64,000 nucleotides of DNA. Source: Octopus vulgaris. Taxonomy: Eukaryota. The stretch is from NCBI GenBank assembly GCA_951406725.2, contig OX597824.1:88412001-88476000 (forward strand), in the 5' to 3' direction. The notes under the pieces were generated by a model. The model was not told the origin of the DNA and ran no database searches. It saw only the letters and a list, made by a program, of their open reading frames with translations. Position numbers and translations under genes: made by a program. Of this stretch, positions 13,501 to 25,636 are shown in pieces. Within the stretch, counting starts at the first letter, position 1; each line of letters starts with the position of its first letter.

Positions 13501-14703
13501 ATTTTTTTTATGCAAGAATTTATTAAAAAAACAATAACTATTCTTCAAAATAAAGACTATCATTTTCTACGACCTGCAAGCTTTCACATTTGGTCAAAGT
13601 ACCAATTCTTTGGCTTTGAATTGGAAAATTCTCGACAGGCTTCTTTGACTTCATTGAATGACACAAATTGGCAACCTTTCATAAAAAGCTGCATTGATCA
13701 GAAGAGACCTTAGTCAGATGGCGCAACCTCTCGACTATAGGCTGGATGTAGCAGAACTTCCACACCATCCAATACTTCGATCTTGTTGCTGGTCTTTCTA
13801 GCGGTATGTGGCTTTGTATTGTCTTACTCATTTACTTGTTTCAGTCATTTGACTGCGGCCATGCTGGAGCACCGCCTTTAGTCGAGCAAACGACCCCGGG
13901 ACTTATTCTTTGTAAGCCCAGTACTTATTCTATCGTTCTCTTTTGCCGAACCGCTAAGTGACGGGGACGTAAACACACCAGCATCGGTTGTCAAGCAATG
14001 CTAGGGGGACAAACACAGACACACAAACATATACACACATATATATATATATATACATATATACGACATGCTTCTTTCAGTTTCCGTCTATCCAATCCAC
14101 TCACAAGGCTTTGGTTGGCCCGAGGCTATAGCAGAAGACACTTGCCCAAGATGCCACGCAGTGGGACTGAACCCAGAACCATGTGGCTGGTTAGCAAACT
14201 ACTTACCACACAGCCACTCCTGCGCCTGTCTTGTTGAAACAAAGCACATTTTTGATGAACACATTGATCACCATTGAACATGACATAAACTCAATGAACA
14301 CACACACCACAAAAATATATAAAAAAGCATTATTCTAACATGGTGTACAAACTTTTTCCTCAACCTAATAATTTGTGGCCACGAGTGTTTTGGGTTACTG
14401 CAAAACTTTTAGAGAGAAACTCCAGGAACCCTTGGTGTAATATATAACCAAGCATTTTATTTATCTACTTATATTTTATATACTCTTTTACTCTTTTACT
14501 TGTTTCAGTCATTTGACTGCGGCCATGCTGGAGCACCGCCTTTAGTCGAGCAAATCGACCCTGGGACTTATTCTTTGTAAGCCCAGTACTTATTCTATCG
14601 GTCTCTTTTGCTGAACCGCTAAGTGACGGGGACGTAAACACACCAGCATCGGTTGTCAAGCAATGCTAGGGGGACAAACACAGACACACAAACATACACA
14701 CAA

Positions 14704-14753
<50 letters not shown>

Positions 14754-16565
14754 GACGGGCTTCTTTCAGTTTCCGTCTACCAGATCCACTCACAAGGCAT
14801 TGGTCGGCCTGAGGCTATAGTAGAAGACACTTGCCCAAGATGCCATGCAGTGGGACTGAACCCAGAACCATGTGGTTGGTAAGCAAGCTACTTACCACAC
14901 AGCCACTCCTGCGCCTATATAATTAAAAAAATTTTTCATATTTTATCATTTACCTTTGTAAATTGTAGGTAAATGATTTGTGAAAATATGAAATGCTTAA
15001 ACCTAATTTGATTACACTAACAGAAGTTTGAGGATCTGTTTACAATGACAGGTGTAAGTTGCATCATTGTTATTCACTGTCACCAGGTGTATTTTGAAGT
15101 GCTGTCTTTATTGAAATTACTTGCTTTTACGATATCAAGGAACAAAGAATTAAAATATGTTTTTTTCTTCTTTTTAATAAAGAATTTCTCCAGTGATTAG
15201 AGAACAACTGTAAACATTAACAGACAAATCATCTGAAATCTGGGATCTTTTCCGTTTGAACGGCAGTTTTTAACATAATTTCTAGGAAACTAAAAAAACT
15301 TTAAACTTCATATACAGGTAGAATGTGTTTATAAAACATCTTTTTCTCTTGGCTTTATTGAGAAAATTCTATAGTTTGTAAGATATTTGTTGTTTTTTTC
15401 TTCAATTTCTGCAATTTCAACCAATCAATGACGTCTATTGAGGTAAAAAAAACATTCTGTGCCGTATGAATATGTCCCTCGTTTAAGAAACAGATTGGGT
15501 TTATTTACATTTGTGAAGAAAAAAGATACCCTTCCCCCCACCCCTAACCCTAACCCTAAAAGAGATTGAAATGCAATAGATCGATACTAGGGTCATAATT
15601 ATGGGTGACAATTTCATATGACACTGCTAGAAAAAACTGCCGTTCAAACCGAAAAGATCCGAATACTGAAATACTAAAAAATTCAAATTGGAAATGGTGT
15701 AAAAATAAGTTGATGTTATTAACTGGAAGGAATTATTGGCACCGAGAAATGGGATGGTGAAAAAGTTCAGTTTAAGGAAATGGGTCAAAATAGGATAAGA
15801 GAAGTGAGTACTGGATTTAGAGCAGAAGGTCTCACAAATATTGGTCTCAAATTTTGGCGCAAGGCCATCAGTTTGAGGGGAGGGGTTAAGTTGATTACAT
15901 TAAGCCAGTGCTCAACTGGTACTTATTTTATCGAACCTAAAAGGACGAAAGGTAAAGTCAACCTAGGCAGAATTTGAACTCACACAAATATTACCAACAT
16001 ATATGTCTTTTAATTATTTTAAGGCCCCTTGCAGATTGAGAGGTCCTAAGCTGAGAGCAACCTTCTTTTAATTATTTATCTATTGTTGTCTAATTTATAT
16101 TAGGCGCAGGAGTGGCTATGTGGTAAGTAGCTTGCTAACCAACCACATGATTCCAGGTTCAGTCCCACTGCGTGGCATCTTGGGCAAGTGTCTTCTGCTA
16201 TAGCCCCGGGCCGGCCAATGCCTTGTGAGTGGATTTGGTAGACGGAAACTGAAAGAAGCCTGTCGTATATATGTATATGTGTGTGTGTGTTTGTCCCCCT
16301 AGCATTGCTTGACAACCGATGCTGGTGTGTTTACGTCCCCGTCACCTAGCGGTTCGGCAAAAGAGACTGATAGAATAAGTACTGGGCTTACAAAGAATAA
16401 GTCCAGGGGTCGATTTGCTCTACTAAAGGCGATGCTCCAGCATGGCCGCAGTCAAATGACTGAAACAAGTAAAAGAGTAATGTTAATTGGTAAAAGAAAG
16501 TTCAAAGATATCTTAACATACCTGGCTGAGTAGATGAGACACAATAAAATAAATCCAATCTTCAT
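1069..16565 (-). CDS. Secreted fibrinogen-related domain (FReD) protein, angiopoietin/fibrinogen-like; gene span, CDS = complement(join(1069..1547,6713..6901,8697..11797,16522..16565)), ~1270 aa
   Basis: Four GT-AG exons with matching phases sum to 3813 nt (1271 codons). Signal-peptide-like start [18 protein letters not shown]; coiled coil; FReD motifs [52 protein letters not shown]. Confidence 0.88.
2540..3140 (-). mobile_element. Helitron PIF1-helicase fragment (degenerate)
   Basis: [67 protein letters not shown], typical of Helitron Rep-Hel C-termini; disrupted. Confidence 0.88.
3869..4458. mobile_element. Merlin-like MITE family M1, long-palindromic variant with a TTAGGG core
   Basis: GG termini, long inverted arms, 8-bp flanks GAAGTTTA/GAAGTTCA. 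Confidence 0.75.
4764..5280 (+). mobile_element. Non-autonomous Helitron
   Basis: A|TCTATATATA start; 3' hairpin CCCGAGCAACGCCGGG followed by CTAG|T; homologs at 40900 and 36344. Confidence 0.85.
5350..5850 (-). mobile_element. CR1-clade LINE 3' fragment
   Basis: [36 protein letters not shown]; (ATT)n tail. Confidence 0.85.
6443..6661. mobile_element. piggyBac-type MITE, family 2
   Basis: TTAA|CCCTTTAGTATT...AACACTAAAGGG|TTAA. Confidence 0.8.
6713..6901 (-). CDS. FReD gene coding exon 3 (start of fibrinogen domain)
   Basis: tttcag|AC TGC TAT...GGC TTT GGA G|gtaat; DCYDLYVKG...[35 protein letters not shown]. Confidence 0.95.
7683..7980 (+). mobile_element. tRNA(Arg-like)-derived SINE family D
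   Basis: A-box TGGCCTAGTGG, GAC-TCG-CGGTC anticodon arm, B-box GGTTCGAATCT, CCTGCGATGGACCGGCATC motif. Confidence 0.85.
8100..8402 (+). mobile_element. RTE-clade RT fragments
   Basis: [20 protein letters not shown] and [37 protein letters not shown]. Confidence 0.85.
8403..8665 (-). mobile_element. SINE family D (inverted copy)
   Basis: Reverse complement of 7683-7945. Confidence 0.85.
8697..11797 (-). CDS. FReD gene coding exon 2 (3101 nt: acidic/Asn tract, KIKD[G/E] repeats, coiled coil, Lys-rich linker)
   Basis: Open frame of more than 1000 codons; acceptor ttttgatttcag|ATGTGAA; donor CCA AAA G|gtaaga joins in frame to give PKDC. Confidence 0.9.
10300..10690 (-). repeat. Coding 15-bp tandem repeat encoding KIKD[G/E], ~25 copies
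   Basis: Plus-strand unit ATCTTTGATCTTT(C/T)C, near-perfect. Confidence 0.97.
11872..12283 (+). mobile_element. tRNA-derived SINE family A (CORE-like CCTTGGGCAAGT; internal TA/GT microsatellite)
   Basis: A-box TGGCTGTGTGG, B-box GGTTCAGTCCC, tail GTAAAAGAGTAAAGA; more than 15 copies in the window. Confidence 0.9.
12660..13078 (-). mobile_element. SINE family B dimer
   Basis: Head plus two units in reverse. Confidence 0.88.
13460..14368 (-). mobile_element. Internally deleted mariner transposon with a nested SINE
   Basis: TA-flanked ~30-bp TIRs (AGGTTGA..AAAAGTTTGT..CCATG); [20 protein letters not shown] transposase C-terminus with stops. Confidence 0.8.
13824..14227 (-). mobile_element. 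SINE family A
   Basis: Full-length reverse copy. Confidence 0.9.
14480..14917 (-). mobile_element. SINE family A
   Basis: Full-length reverse copy. Confidence 0.9.
15243..15660. mobile_element. Merlin-like MITE family M1
   Basis: TIR GGATCTTTTC(C/G)GTTTGAACGGCAGTTTT; flanks GAAATCTG/GAATACTG; internal (CCCTAA)3. Confidence 0.8.
16102..16480 (+). mobile_element. SINE family A
   Basis: Full-length copy ending ~40 nt from the FReD exon-1 donor. Confidence 0.9.
16522..16565 (-). CDS. FReD gene coding exon 1 (signal peptide)
   Basis: ATG AAG ATT GGA TTT ATT TTA TTG TGT CTC ATC TAC TCA GCC AG|gtatgt; phase 2 matches the exon-2 acceptor; hydrophobic core. Confidence 0.75.
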
Positions 16566-17169
16566 TTTTGCTCTATTGTCTTATTCAAAAGTAATATTAG
16601 AAGCTTGACCTTTATTGCAGTGGACGTTTGGTATTTAGTTTCTAAGCACGAGTTGTAGAGACGGCTTTGACGAGTTTTATTTCTGTAATAATTACGATTG
16701 TGGTTGCAATCAGTTACGAGTCCAATCTTTCAAACTGGGGGTACGTGGCTCAATGTTGACTTTGTTTCTTGCAGAATAATTTTGATGACGTTCAATGATT
16801 TTATTTCACATACGTAGCAGTGAACAACCACACCATATCGATCAAAGAGGGCGTTTATATATGCAACAGATGTTGCTTATTGCCAAATTGGACGTCATTG
16901 ACGTTTGCTTCTTTCTTTACTGAGTTTAAAGGATTGTATAATGTTTGAATACTGAATCAATGCTTTAAAATTATTTTCTCAATCAAGTTGTCAAAAAATG
17001 TGTTGGCTGAATAAATCAGAGGCCGTAGAATCATTTAATGAAAGTGATTTTCGATCATATTTTGTCGGTCGTTCAGATCTCAACACCTCCCCACCATTTA
17101 CATCTTAAATATCATGAAAACATTTCCTCACCCTTTTAATCTGATGAAATCTAATTTCTTTAAAGGAAG

Positions 17170-17500
17170 ACGGCGAGCTGGCAGAATCGTTAGCACGCCG
17201 GGCGAAATGCGTAGCCGTATTTCGTCTGCCGTTACGTTCTGAGTTCAAATTCCGCCGAGGTCGACTTTGCCTTTCATCCTTTCGGGGTCGATTAAATAAG
17301 TACCAGTCACGCACTGGAATCGATGTAATCGACTTAATCCGTTTGTCTGTCCTTGTTTGTCCCCTCTATGTTTAGCCCCTTGTGGGTAGTAAAGAAATAG
17401 GTAATTTGTCTGCCGTTATGTTCTGAGTTCAAATTCCGCCGAGGTCGACTTTGCCTTTCATCCTCTCTGTGTTTAACCCCTTGTGGGTAGTAAAGAAATA
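17170..17500 (+). mobile_element. SINE family B dimer
   Basis: Head, one unit and a deleted second unit. Confidence 0.88.
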
Positions 17501-18604
17501 GAAATCTAATTTCTTTAAAGGGAACTTGAAGAGAAATACGATTATGCTATACAGATAAATTTGTTACCGGTTTTCTATTGTTCCTATTTCGGGCTGATTT
17601 ATTCACGAATCTCTTTTCTTGCCCACAATTTTCTCTTTAATCAATTTGTCCAACTTCGTCTTCCAAAGTGGAAACACTGTCCGAATTTTGCTTTAAATGA
17701 TAACAATATGAAAGACAATTCAAAGTAATCATATAATTGCTGTCATTAGAATATTTACAATTTTTGAATCATGATATTTAGGGCACCCTATTTAACAGGG
17801 GCTGATATTTTCCCAAGCTTGTTAAAACTCTGCAACATGAATTTCTGTATTTCTGAAGGGGATTATGGTTATGATATTAGAATTTATCGAACCCTCAACT
17901 TTATTCATTTCTATTTACCCTGTATCTAAATCAACAAATTCTTTTATCGAGGTCTATTGCTATGTGTGTGTATATATATATTTCAACTAATTCCGCCGAG
18001 GTCGACTTTGCCTTTCATCCTTTCGGGGTCGATAAATAAAGTACCAGTTTCGTACTGGGGTCGATGTAATCGACCTAATCCCTTTGTCTGTCCTTGTTTG
18101 TCCCCTCTATGTTTAGCCCCTTGTGGGTAGTAAAGAAATATATATATATTTCAGTGAGCTAGGATTGAACTCACAAACCCTTATTGTTACCGAGGAATTA
18201 TAGATAAAATTCAACCCTGTTATGGACGTTTAGGTAATTTTTTGTTGTATTAGAATGGCTATACTTTATCAGCAAGGCGATACTCTAAATCCAAGAGAGC
18301 AATGTTTGATAGTCAACAAAATCCGCGTCCCTAATTATGTGAAAGGACGTGTTTAAAACTAAGAGTAAAAGAAAACGTGTATGAAATAAAAGCAACGTAT
18401 TAAAACTAAAAACCAGCGAACGTCATCAAATAAAATCGTTCTTAAGAGAATAAAAAGAATTTACATTTGCACGACATGCTCTCTCGGCTCCAAACTCTGA
18501 ACAAGTAACTGATCCGTTGTTTTTATTCTTATTTATTTATTTATTATACGATACATATATATTACTATGCACCACGATTTCAATTATTACAACCCGTCTG
18601 TGAT

Positions 18605-18978
18605 ATTATTATTGCTGGCACCCCGTCGCTTACGACGACGAGGGTTCCAGTTGATCCGATCAACGGAACAGCCAGCTCGTGGAATTTACGTGCAAGTGGC
18701 TGAGCACTCCACAGACACGTGTACTCTTAACGTAGTTCTCGGGGATATTCAGCGTGACACAGACTGTGACAAGGCTGGGCCTTTGAATTACAGACACAAC
18801 AGAAACAGGAAGTAAGAGTGAGAGAAAGTTGTAGTGAAAGAGTACAGCAGGGTTCGCCACCATCCCCTGCCAGTGCCTCGTGGAGCTTTAAACACTCACA
18901 ACGCCCGGTCTGGGAATCGAAACCGCGATCCTATGACCGCCATTCCGCTGCCCTAACCACTGGGCCATTGCGCATCCA
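18605..18978 (-). mobile_element. tRNA-derived SINE related to family D (different 3' half)
   Basis: Reverse A/B boxes at ~18915-18970; shared GAGTGAGAGAAAGTTGT segment. Confidence 0.75.
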
Positions 18979-19259
18979 CGTCTGTGATATTAAACTAAAA
19001 AATATAAAAGTGTACATTATTAAAACTGTGTATGACTTGGTCGAATATTCTCTTTAAATGGTTTTGCGCCAATTCACTCGAAGAAAGAAATCCAAAATGA
19101 ATCTATGGTGTTAGCATTGAGAAACTAAACACCTTGCTTTCTGTGCAAACTACCAGAATCGCTTGATCCGCTGAAAATAGCAGTTACACCACCTTCAAAT
19201 CAAATCCTGTCATATGGAGCAAAGACTATGTAACCACTCTCATCCATCTTTCAACAAAT

Positions 19260-20238
19260 TTGCTGGGAGACAGCACTTGCCTCTCTATCCGCACTTATCT
19301 TTTCAAGTGAATCTTGGAGAAGTCAATAAGGGTTTGGCCAGACAGGGAGGTACCTGACATCACTCCTTTCAATTTGGCCCACCACTCAACTTCTTTTTCT
19401 AAGATCACCAGAGTGATAAGCACTGCCTGTTTCGCTGCTCCGCACGCATCTCGAGCAGGCTCGGTTAACGGTATTTCCATGCCTGTCCTTTGTTGCGAAC
19501 CGAAATTTCCTCTTGCAAGCACTGCCAGGCCAATGATTTCTGGAAATTATCTATGGGTTCCGACCCGAAAGTCCTCCAGAACAGATCAGCTAGTTGGTTC
19601 TTGTCGATGACCAAGGTTTCCTCGAGAACATCGTCGCTCTTACCTGTCACTAACCTACTAAAGAACGCCATGATGGAACTTCCATCGACTGCACTACCCT
19701 CTTGATAGAGGGAAGTGAGCACTTGATGATATTCCAGACGCCAAGTGCCCTGTCTTGGTCTTCGCTTGGTTTAGGATTGCAGTTCTGTCAAAGAGACAAG
19801 CTGTGGAAATGGAAGTCTGACAAACGAAGATCACATCTGTTTATCGTCTAGGAATTGCTGGAGTTGTAACCTCAGTGCATCATTACCCACGGTGCCCCCA
19901 GTGTGTCTACATAATCCCTGCAGGCATCAAAGATGCTGTTCCAATCACCCACTGGTACTATGGGATGTTCCTAGGAAAGCTTGCAGATGCCTCAAGAAAT
20001 CTAGTCACCTCACTCCTGTTGGGGAGTAGATATCTATTAGTCTGAAGGTATAGGCTTCGCTGGTGGTGATAGTAAATCATCAAAAGATGGGCGCGAAGGT
20101 TCGTACCTCAGAATCTCTGCTCTCGCTGATGGCCATCACATCTATATCAAGTGATCTGAGGTCGTTGATCAGATGGCCCTGTTTCCAAGGCGACTTTAGC
20201 CCATTTGCATTCAGACTGCCTATTTTGAGTAAGGCCAT
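19260..20238 (-). mobile_element. L1/Tx1-clade LINE ORF2 endonuclease fragment (pseudogenised)
   Basis: MALLKIGSLNANGLKS..DIDVMAISESR and GDWNSIFD APE motifs; GC-richer than the flanks; frameshifted. Confidence 0.75.
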
Positions 20239-20592
20239 GTTCGATGGGAAAGACCTGAGAAGGGTAACTTACTTTATTCCTGCGGAAGGACTTTTATGAG
20301 TATATTTCCACAAGGAGTTCTTTTGTATATTCATTATTTATATTCTCTCGGAAATCTCTCTCACAGTGCAACATTTTTGTGAAGATAATTAAGAATAAAC
20401 AAAACTCAACGAACAACTCGAAGCAGAAGTGTTGCTGGTACCACAAAAAAAATTCTTTCAAATTTTGGCATGAAGTCAGCAGTTTTTTTGGGGGGTTTTT
20501 TGAGGGAGCAGGGGCTAGTCGGTTACATCAATTCCAGTACTTGACCGGTACTTTGTTTTATTGACTCTAAAAGGATGGAAAGAAAAGTCGAT

Positions 20593-20995
20593 AGGCGCAA
20601 GAGTGGCTGTGTGGTAAGTAGCTTGCTTACCAACCACATGGTTCCGGGTTCAGTCCCACTGCGTGGCACCTTGGGCAAGTGTCTTTTACTATAGCCTCGG
20701 GCCGACCAAAGCCTTGTGAGTGGATTTGGTAGACGGAAACTGAAAGAAGCCCGTCGTATATATGTATATATATGTGTGTGTATGTGTATGTTTGTGTGTC
20801 TGTGTTTGTCCCACTAGCATTGCTTGACAACCGATGCTGGTGTGTTTATGTCCCCGTCACTTAGCGGTTCGGCAAGAGAGACCGATAGAATAACTACTGG
20901 GCTTACAAAGAATAAGTTCCGGGGTCGATTTGCTCGACTAAAGGCGGTGCTCCAGCATGGCCGCAGTCAAATGACCGAAACAAGTAAAAAGAGTA
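20593..20995 (+). mobile_element. SINE family A
   Basis: Full-length copy; further partial copies at 21405-21965 and 22028-22475. Confidence 0.9.
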
Positions 20996-21127
20996 CCCTT
21001 TTTGTTCATCGCGTCGTATGAAACTTCGAAGGATAGCTTTTCCAAAATGTTGCTTCTGGTACTGTTGTATAATTTCCAATGAAGCCTAACACGACTAACG
21101 AAATTTGGTCTGTTTAACAAAAAAACT

Positions 21128-21296
21128 GGCGTAACTTCGGTATAGGTACCGGAAGTACCGGATACATTTCAAGAAAGTGTTTTTTTATATATATATATAT
21201 AGGTTAGGGTTAGGGTTAGGGGTGGGAGAAAAGGGTCTCTGTTATCTTCAGAAATGTAAACAAAGCCACTTACGGTACCTATACCGAAGGATCGCC
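21128..21296. mobile_element. Merlin-like MITE family M2 with a (TTAGGG)3 core
   Basis: TIR GGCG...CTTCGGTATAGGTACCG; perfect 8-bp TSD AAAAAACT. Confidence 0.8.
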
Positions 21297-22479
21297 AAAA
21301 AACTTGACATATAACGCGTAGGGAATGGAAATAATCGGTAAATTTATATTGATCTAAAATGAAATTTAAGAAACACTGAAAAGTGTTGAAGGGATTAAAA
21401 TAAGCAAGCGTGGCTCTGCGGTAAGAAGATTGCTTCTCAACCACATGGTTCCGGGTTCAGTCCCATTGCGTGGCACATTGGAAAGTGTCGTCTACGGTAC
21501 TATGTATATGTATGTAGATGTGTATGTGTTTGTGTGTGTGTGTGTGTGTCTGTTTGTCCCCCCAACATCACTTGACAACCGATGCTGGTGTGTTTACGTC
21601 CCCGTAACTTAGCGGTTCGGCAAAAGGGACCGATAGAATAAGTACTACGCATCCAAAGAATAAGTCCTGGAGGTCGATCTGCTCGACTGAAGGTTGGTGC
21701 TCCAGCATGGCCGCAGTCAGTAGATTTGGCAGAGGGAAACTGAAATAAGTCAGTCGTGTGTGTTTGTCCCCATCACCACCACTTGACAACCGGTGTTGGT
21801 TTGTTTTCGTTTCCCTAACTTAGTGGTTCGGCAAAAAGCCACCGACAGAAAAAGTACGACTTACGAAATAAATAAATACTGGGGTTGATTTCTTCGACTA
21901 AAATCTTTCAAAGCGATGCTCCAGCATGGCTTCAGTTCAATGACTGAGACAAGTAAAAGAAGTGTAAATATTTGAAACTAAACATTAGATTCACTTTAAA
22001 AAACTAACTAAGCGCATTGAAAATGCGAACCACATGGTTCCGGGTTCAGTCCCACTGCGTTGCACCTTGGGCAAGTGTCTTCTACTATAGCCTCGGGCCG
22101 ACCAAAGCCTTGTGAGTGGATTTTTGGTAGACGGAAACTGAAGGAAGCCCGTCGTATGTATGTATATGTATGTGTGTTTGTGTGTGTGTGTGTGTGTGTC
22201 TGTGTTTGTCCCTCCCCTCTTCAACATCGCTTCACAACCGATGCTGGTGTGTTTACGTCCCCGTAACTTAGCGGTTCGGCAAAAAAGGGAACCGATAGAA
22301 TAAGTACTAGGCATCGAAAGAATAAGTCCTGGTGGGGAAGGGAAGGGAGGGGAGGTCGATATGCTCGACTAAAGGTTCGTGCTCCAGCATAGCCGCCGCA
22401 GTCAAACGACTGAAACTAGAAGAGTAAAGAGTGAAGAGCAAAGAGTGAAGAGTAAAGAGTGAAGAGTAAAGAGTTAAGC

Positions 22480-22625
22480 GGTAGGAAGGGAAACAAAGGA
22501 AACGGAAGCCGTTGGTACGCATGCGCCTGACAAGTTGTCAGGAACCGAAGTCGATGAACGACGGCTCGGCTTGTGTTGTCATAGATCGTCTTTTCTCTAA
22601 TTATAAGGCACGCGGACACACGATT
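22480..22625 (+). promoter_or_regulatory. Probable BRMS1L core promoter/5'UTR
   Basis: Locally CpG-rich, with ETS-like ACGGAAG (~22502) and NRF1-like ACGCATGCGC (~22517) just upstream of exon 1. Confidence 0.45.
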
Positions 22626-22719
22626 ATGGAACAGGTTAAGATGGAACAAGACACGGGGGAAAGCGATAAGAGTTCCGATGAAGATACCGAATCATCCGGT
22701 TCCGAGGAAGACAGCTCGG
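22626..22719 (+). CDS. BRMS1L: BRMS1L exon 1
   Basis: [32 protein letters not shown]|gtaag; acidic Ser-rich N-terminus. The start could also be the ATG at 22641. Confidence 0.85.
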
Positions 22720-25568
22720 GTAAGAAACTTATTTACAAATGCTTTCTTACAAAACAGCGTTACTTAACTCCGAGGCATTTGGAGGAGAATCTGTTTGTTA
22801 ATTTATTTGTAATGATTATTTTATGAGAAGGATTAGTTTGTTATTGAAATATATATAAATAAAAAAAAAAAAAATTAGGGTACCACTTGGGAAACAGTGC
22901 GCGCACTCGCGCCAGCTAGTCACGACTAGTCGATCCTCACCTTGTGTTTTTGTGTGTTATTTACTTTGTTTAAAAAATTATTTACTTTATGTTTTTGTGT
23001 TTTATTTACTTCGTTTAGCAAAAATTATTTACTTTGCGTAAAAAAAATTATTTATTTTGTGTTTTATTTACTTTGCTAAGTCAGTCGTTGTAGGATCGAC
23101 TACTCACGACTAGCTAGCGCGGATGCGCGAACGCGCGTGCGCGCGCACGGGGGCCACTGTTCGCTAGTGGTACCAAAAAGGGTAAACTTTTGTTAAGGTT
23201 AAGCCGCAAAATCTATCATTTTCCGACTGCATTATGTTTTTATTTTGATTTCGTTTGAAGAAAATTCGTTAATTTTTCAAAATAAATCCCGCAGCAAATA
23301 ATTAGTTCCATTTGGCGCGCCATTCTCTCTTCTCTCTTCTTAAGTCTTTCAACGTGTTTCTTTACATTCTGCGTGTTTTATTAATAAAGCCTTGAATTTT
23401 TTGATCTCCGACCAACTTTCCTCGCGTAAATCTGCAACATTGCGACTTGTATAAAATCGAGGAAAACGTAGATTTGTTTATATTCGGATGACTGGCCTCT
23501 TGTTCGAAAATAAACAAAAAATTTCAGTTATACACGTTACAATTATTTTACCCCTGTTCCTCTTCTCTCATCCAGACTTTACTAATTGGAATTCCATGTT
23601 ATAATATAGTAATTGTTTCGAACTTTGGTACAAGGCCAAACGTTTTAGCGGGAGAGGGTGTAGTCGGTTACATCGATCTCAATACTTGACCGGTACCCGA
23701 GGTCGACTTTGCCTTTCATCCCTTCGGGATCGATAAATAAAGTACCAGTAATCGACTTAATCCCTTTGTCTGTCCTTGTTTGTCCCCTCTATGTTTAGCC
23801 CCCTGTGGGCAGTAAAGAAATACAGTTTATCAACCCAAATGAATAAAAGGCGAAGTTGTTGACTTTGGTGAAATTTGAACTCAGAATGTTAAGAACCGAA
23901 AGAAATGCCGCAAGCATTTTTTTTTCCGATGCTCTAACGATTCTACCACTTGGTATGCACACATACACGCACAGAGTATACCGATCCAAATGTGCCCCCA
24001 CCTCGAATTTGTTTCCTCATAACTTTCAGAAAAATGGACATTTTAAAATGAATTTTTCTACAAATACCTTTCAGATGCTATAGATTCCGATTATATTGGA
24101 ATGTGTTATGTAAAAAGTTCTTGGATCGAAGAGAGAGAAGTTTCGGATGATTCACACGAGTCAACTTTATTTCCTCATAAATTCTTCAGTTGGGTTGCAT
24201 CGTCTGTATTTATCCTTTCCGTACAGATCCAGTAATGCAATACAAGAAAATGGCATTGTTTCGATTAGAGATTACCATTATTAAACAATCGACTTCCTCG
24301 TTCCGAATTCAAATTCATTTCACCGAGGAATTTTCTTTTCCCTCCTTTAGTGGGTGGGGGCAATAAAACGTTAAAAACATGTGTATTAGGTTGATGATGC
24401 AGGCATTACACACCATCGTCTAACTTATTCTATTCTGTTGTTGGTTGTAATTATAGTTCTACATACAAAGTTCTATGATTTAAGTAAAATAAGGGTACAG
24501 TTTCGCGCGCGCGCATATTTATATATATATATACGCGCGCACAACTGTATCTTTCAGTAGCATCGACCCTTAAGTGGCAAATATACTTCACATTGTCGTG
24601 CAGCTACTGTTTATACCTCGTTCAGAAATTTATTATATATATATGTGTATTGTTTTGTCGAGTTAAATCGAAGGATTGCCAAAAAAAAAAAAAAAAAGGG
24701 GGCTGAATAGAATGGAAATTTATCGTAAACGATTACACACAACTTTGGTTGCTCCTAAGTCCCACATCAACAACCCTAACAGAGCAGGCCTTTGATTATT
24801 TTTTTCGTATATTTATGACCAAAAGATCTTAGAGAGATTTGACCAGTTGCTATTTCTAAAAATTGTAGCAACCGATTACTTAACCATTTTTTGCCTATGG
24901 AACCCTTTGATTTCTATTTAATTCGGCGGTTGTGTGTGTGTGTAGGGGGATGACTAGTAGCCATTCGATATATAAAAATTCCTATTATATTTTTATGATT
25001 ATGTATTATTAGGAATTGTATTGAAAATGTTTAAATATTTTTGTGTGTTGTAGAAATATAATCAGTTTATTACATAAATTTTAACAACAAAATCGCTATG
25101 GACTCCGGTTAAGAACTACTGATCGCTCGATGGTTTCAAAATTCCTTATTCAAATAGTTTTCAGTTTCCTCGCTTTCTGTATTCAAGGCACGTTAATGTC
25201 GAATTTATGTCTTACTTCTCATTATCACCACTAAAGTAATGGGGATAGATTTGATTAACTGTTCTCTCCCTCAGGATTACTTGAAAACGTGCCGTTCTTA
25301 GAATTATTATTAAGGTAGTTAAATGACGGAATTGCTAGACCCCCACCTGCCAAACGCTTTGTAGTATTTAGTTATATCTTTTTTTTTTTTGCATTCTATC
25401 TGAATAGGCATAGGAGTGGGTGTGTGGTAAGTAGCTTGCTTACGAACCATATGGTTCCGGGTTCAGTCCCACTGCGTGACACCTTGGGCAAATGTCTTCT
25501 ACTATAGCGTTGGGCCGACCAAAGCCTTGTGAGTGGATTTGGTAGACGGAAACTGAAAGAAGCCCGTC

Positions 25569-25636
<68 letters not shown>

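Noticed and set aside
21202-21222. Telomere or chromosome-fusion relic
   Set aside because: Only three TTAGGG units, inside a TIR element with a TSD.
22512-22625. N-terminal extension of BRMS1L from the upstream ATG at 22521
   Set aside because: No family similarity, and the ATG lies within the NRF1-like promoter motif; cannot be fully excluded.
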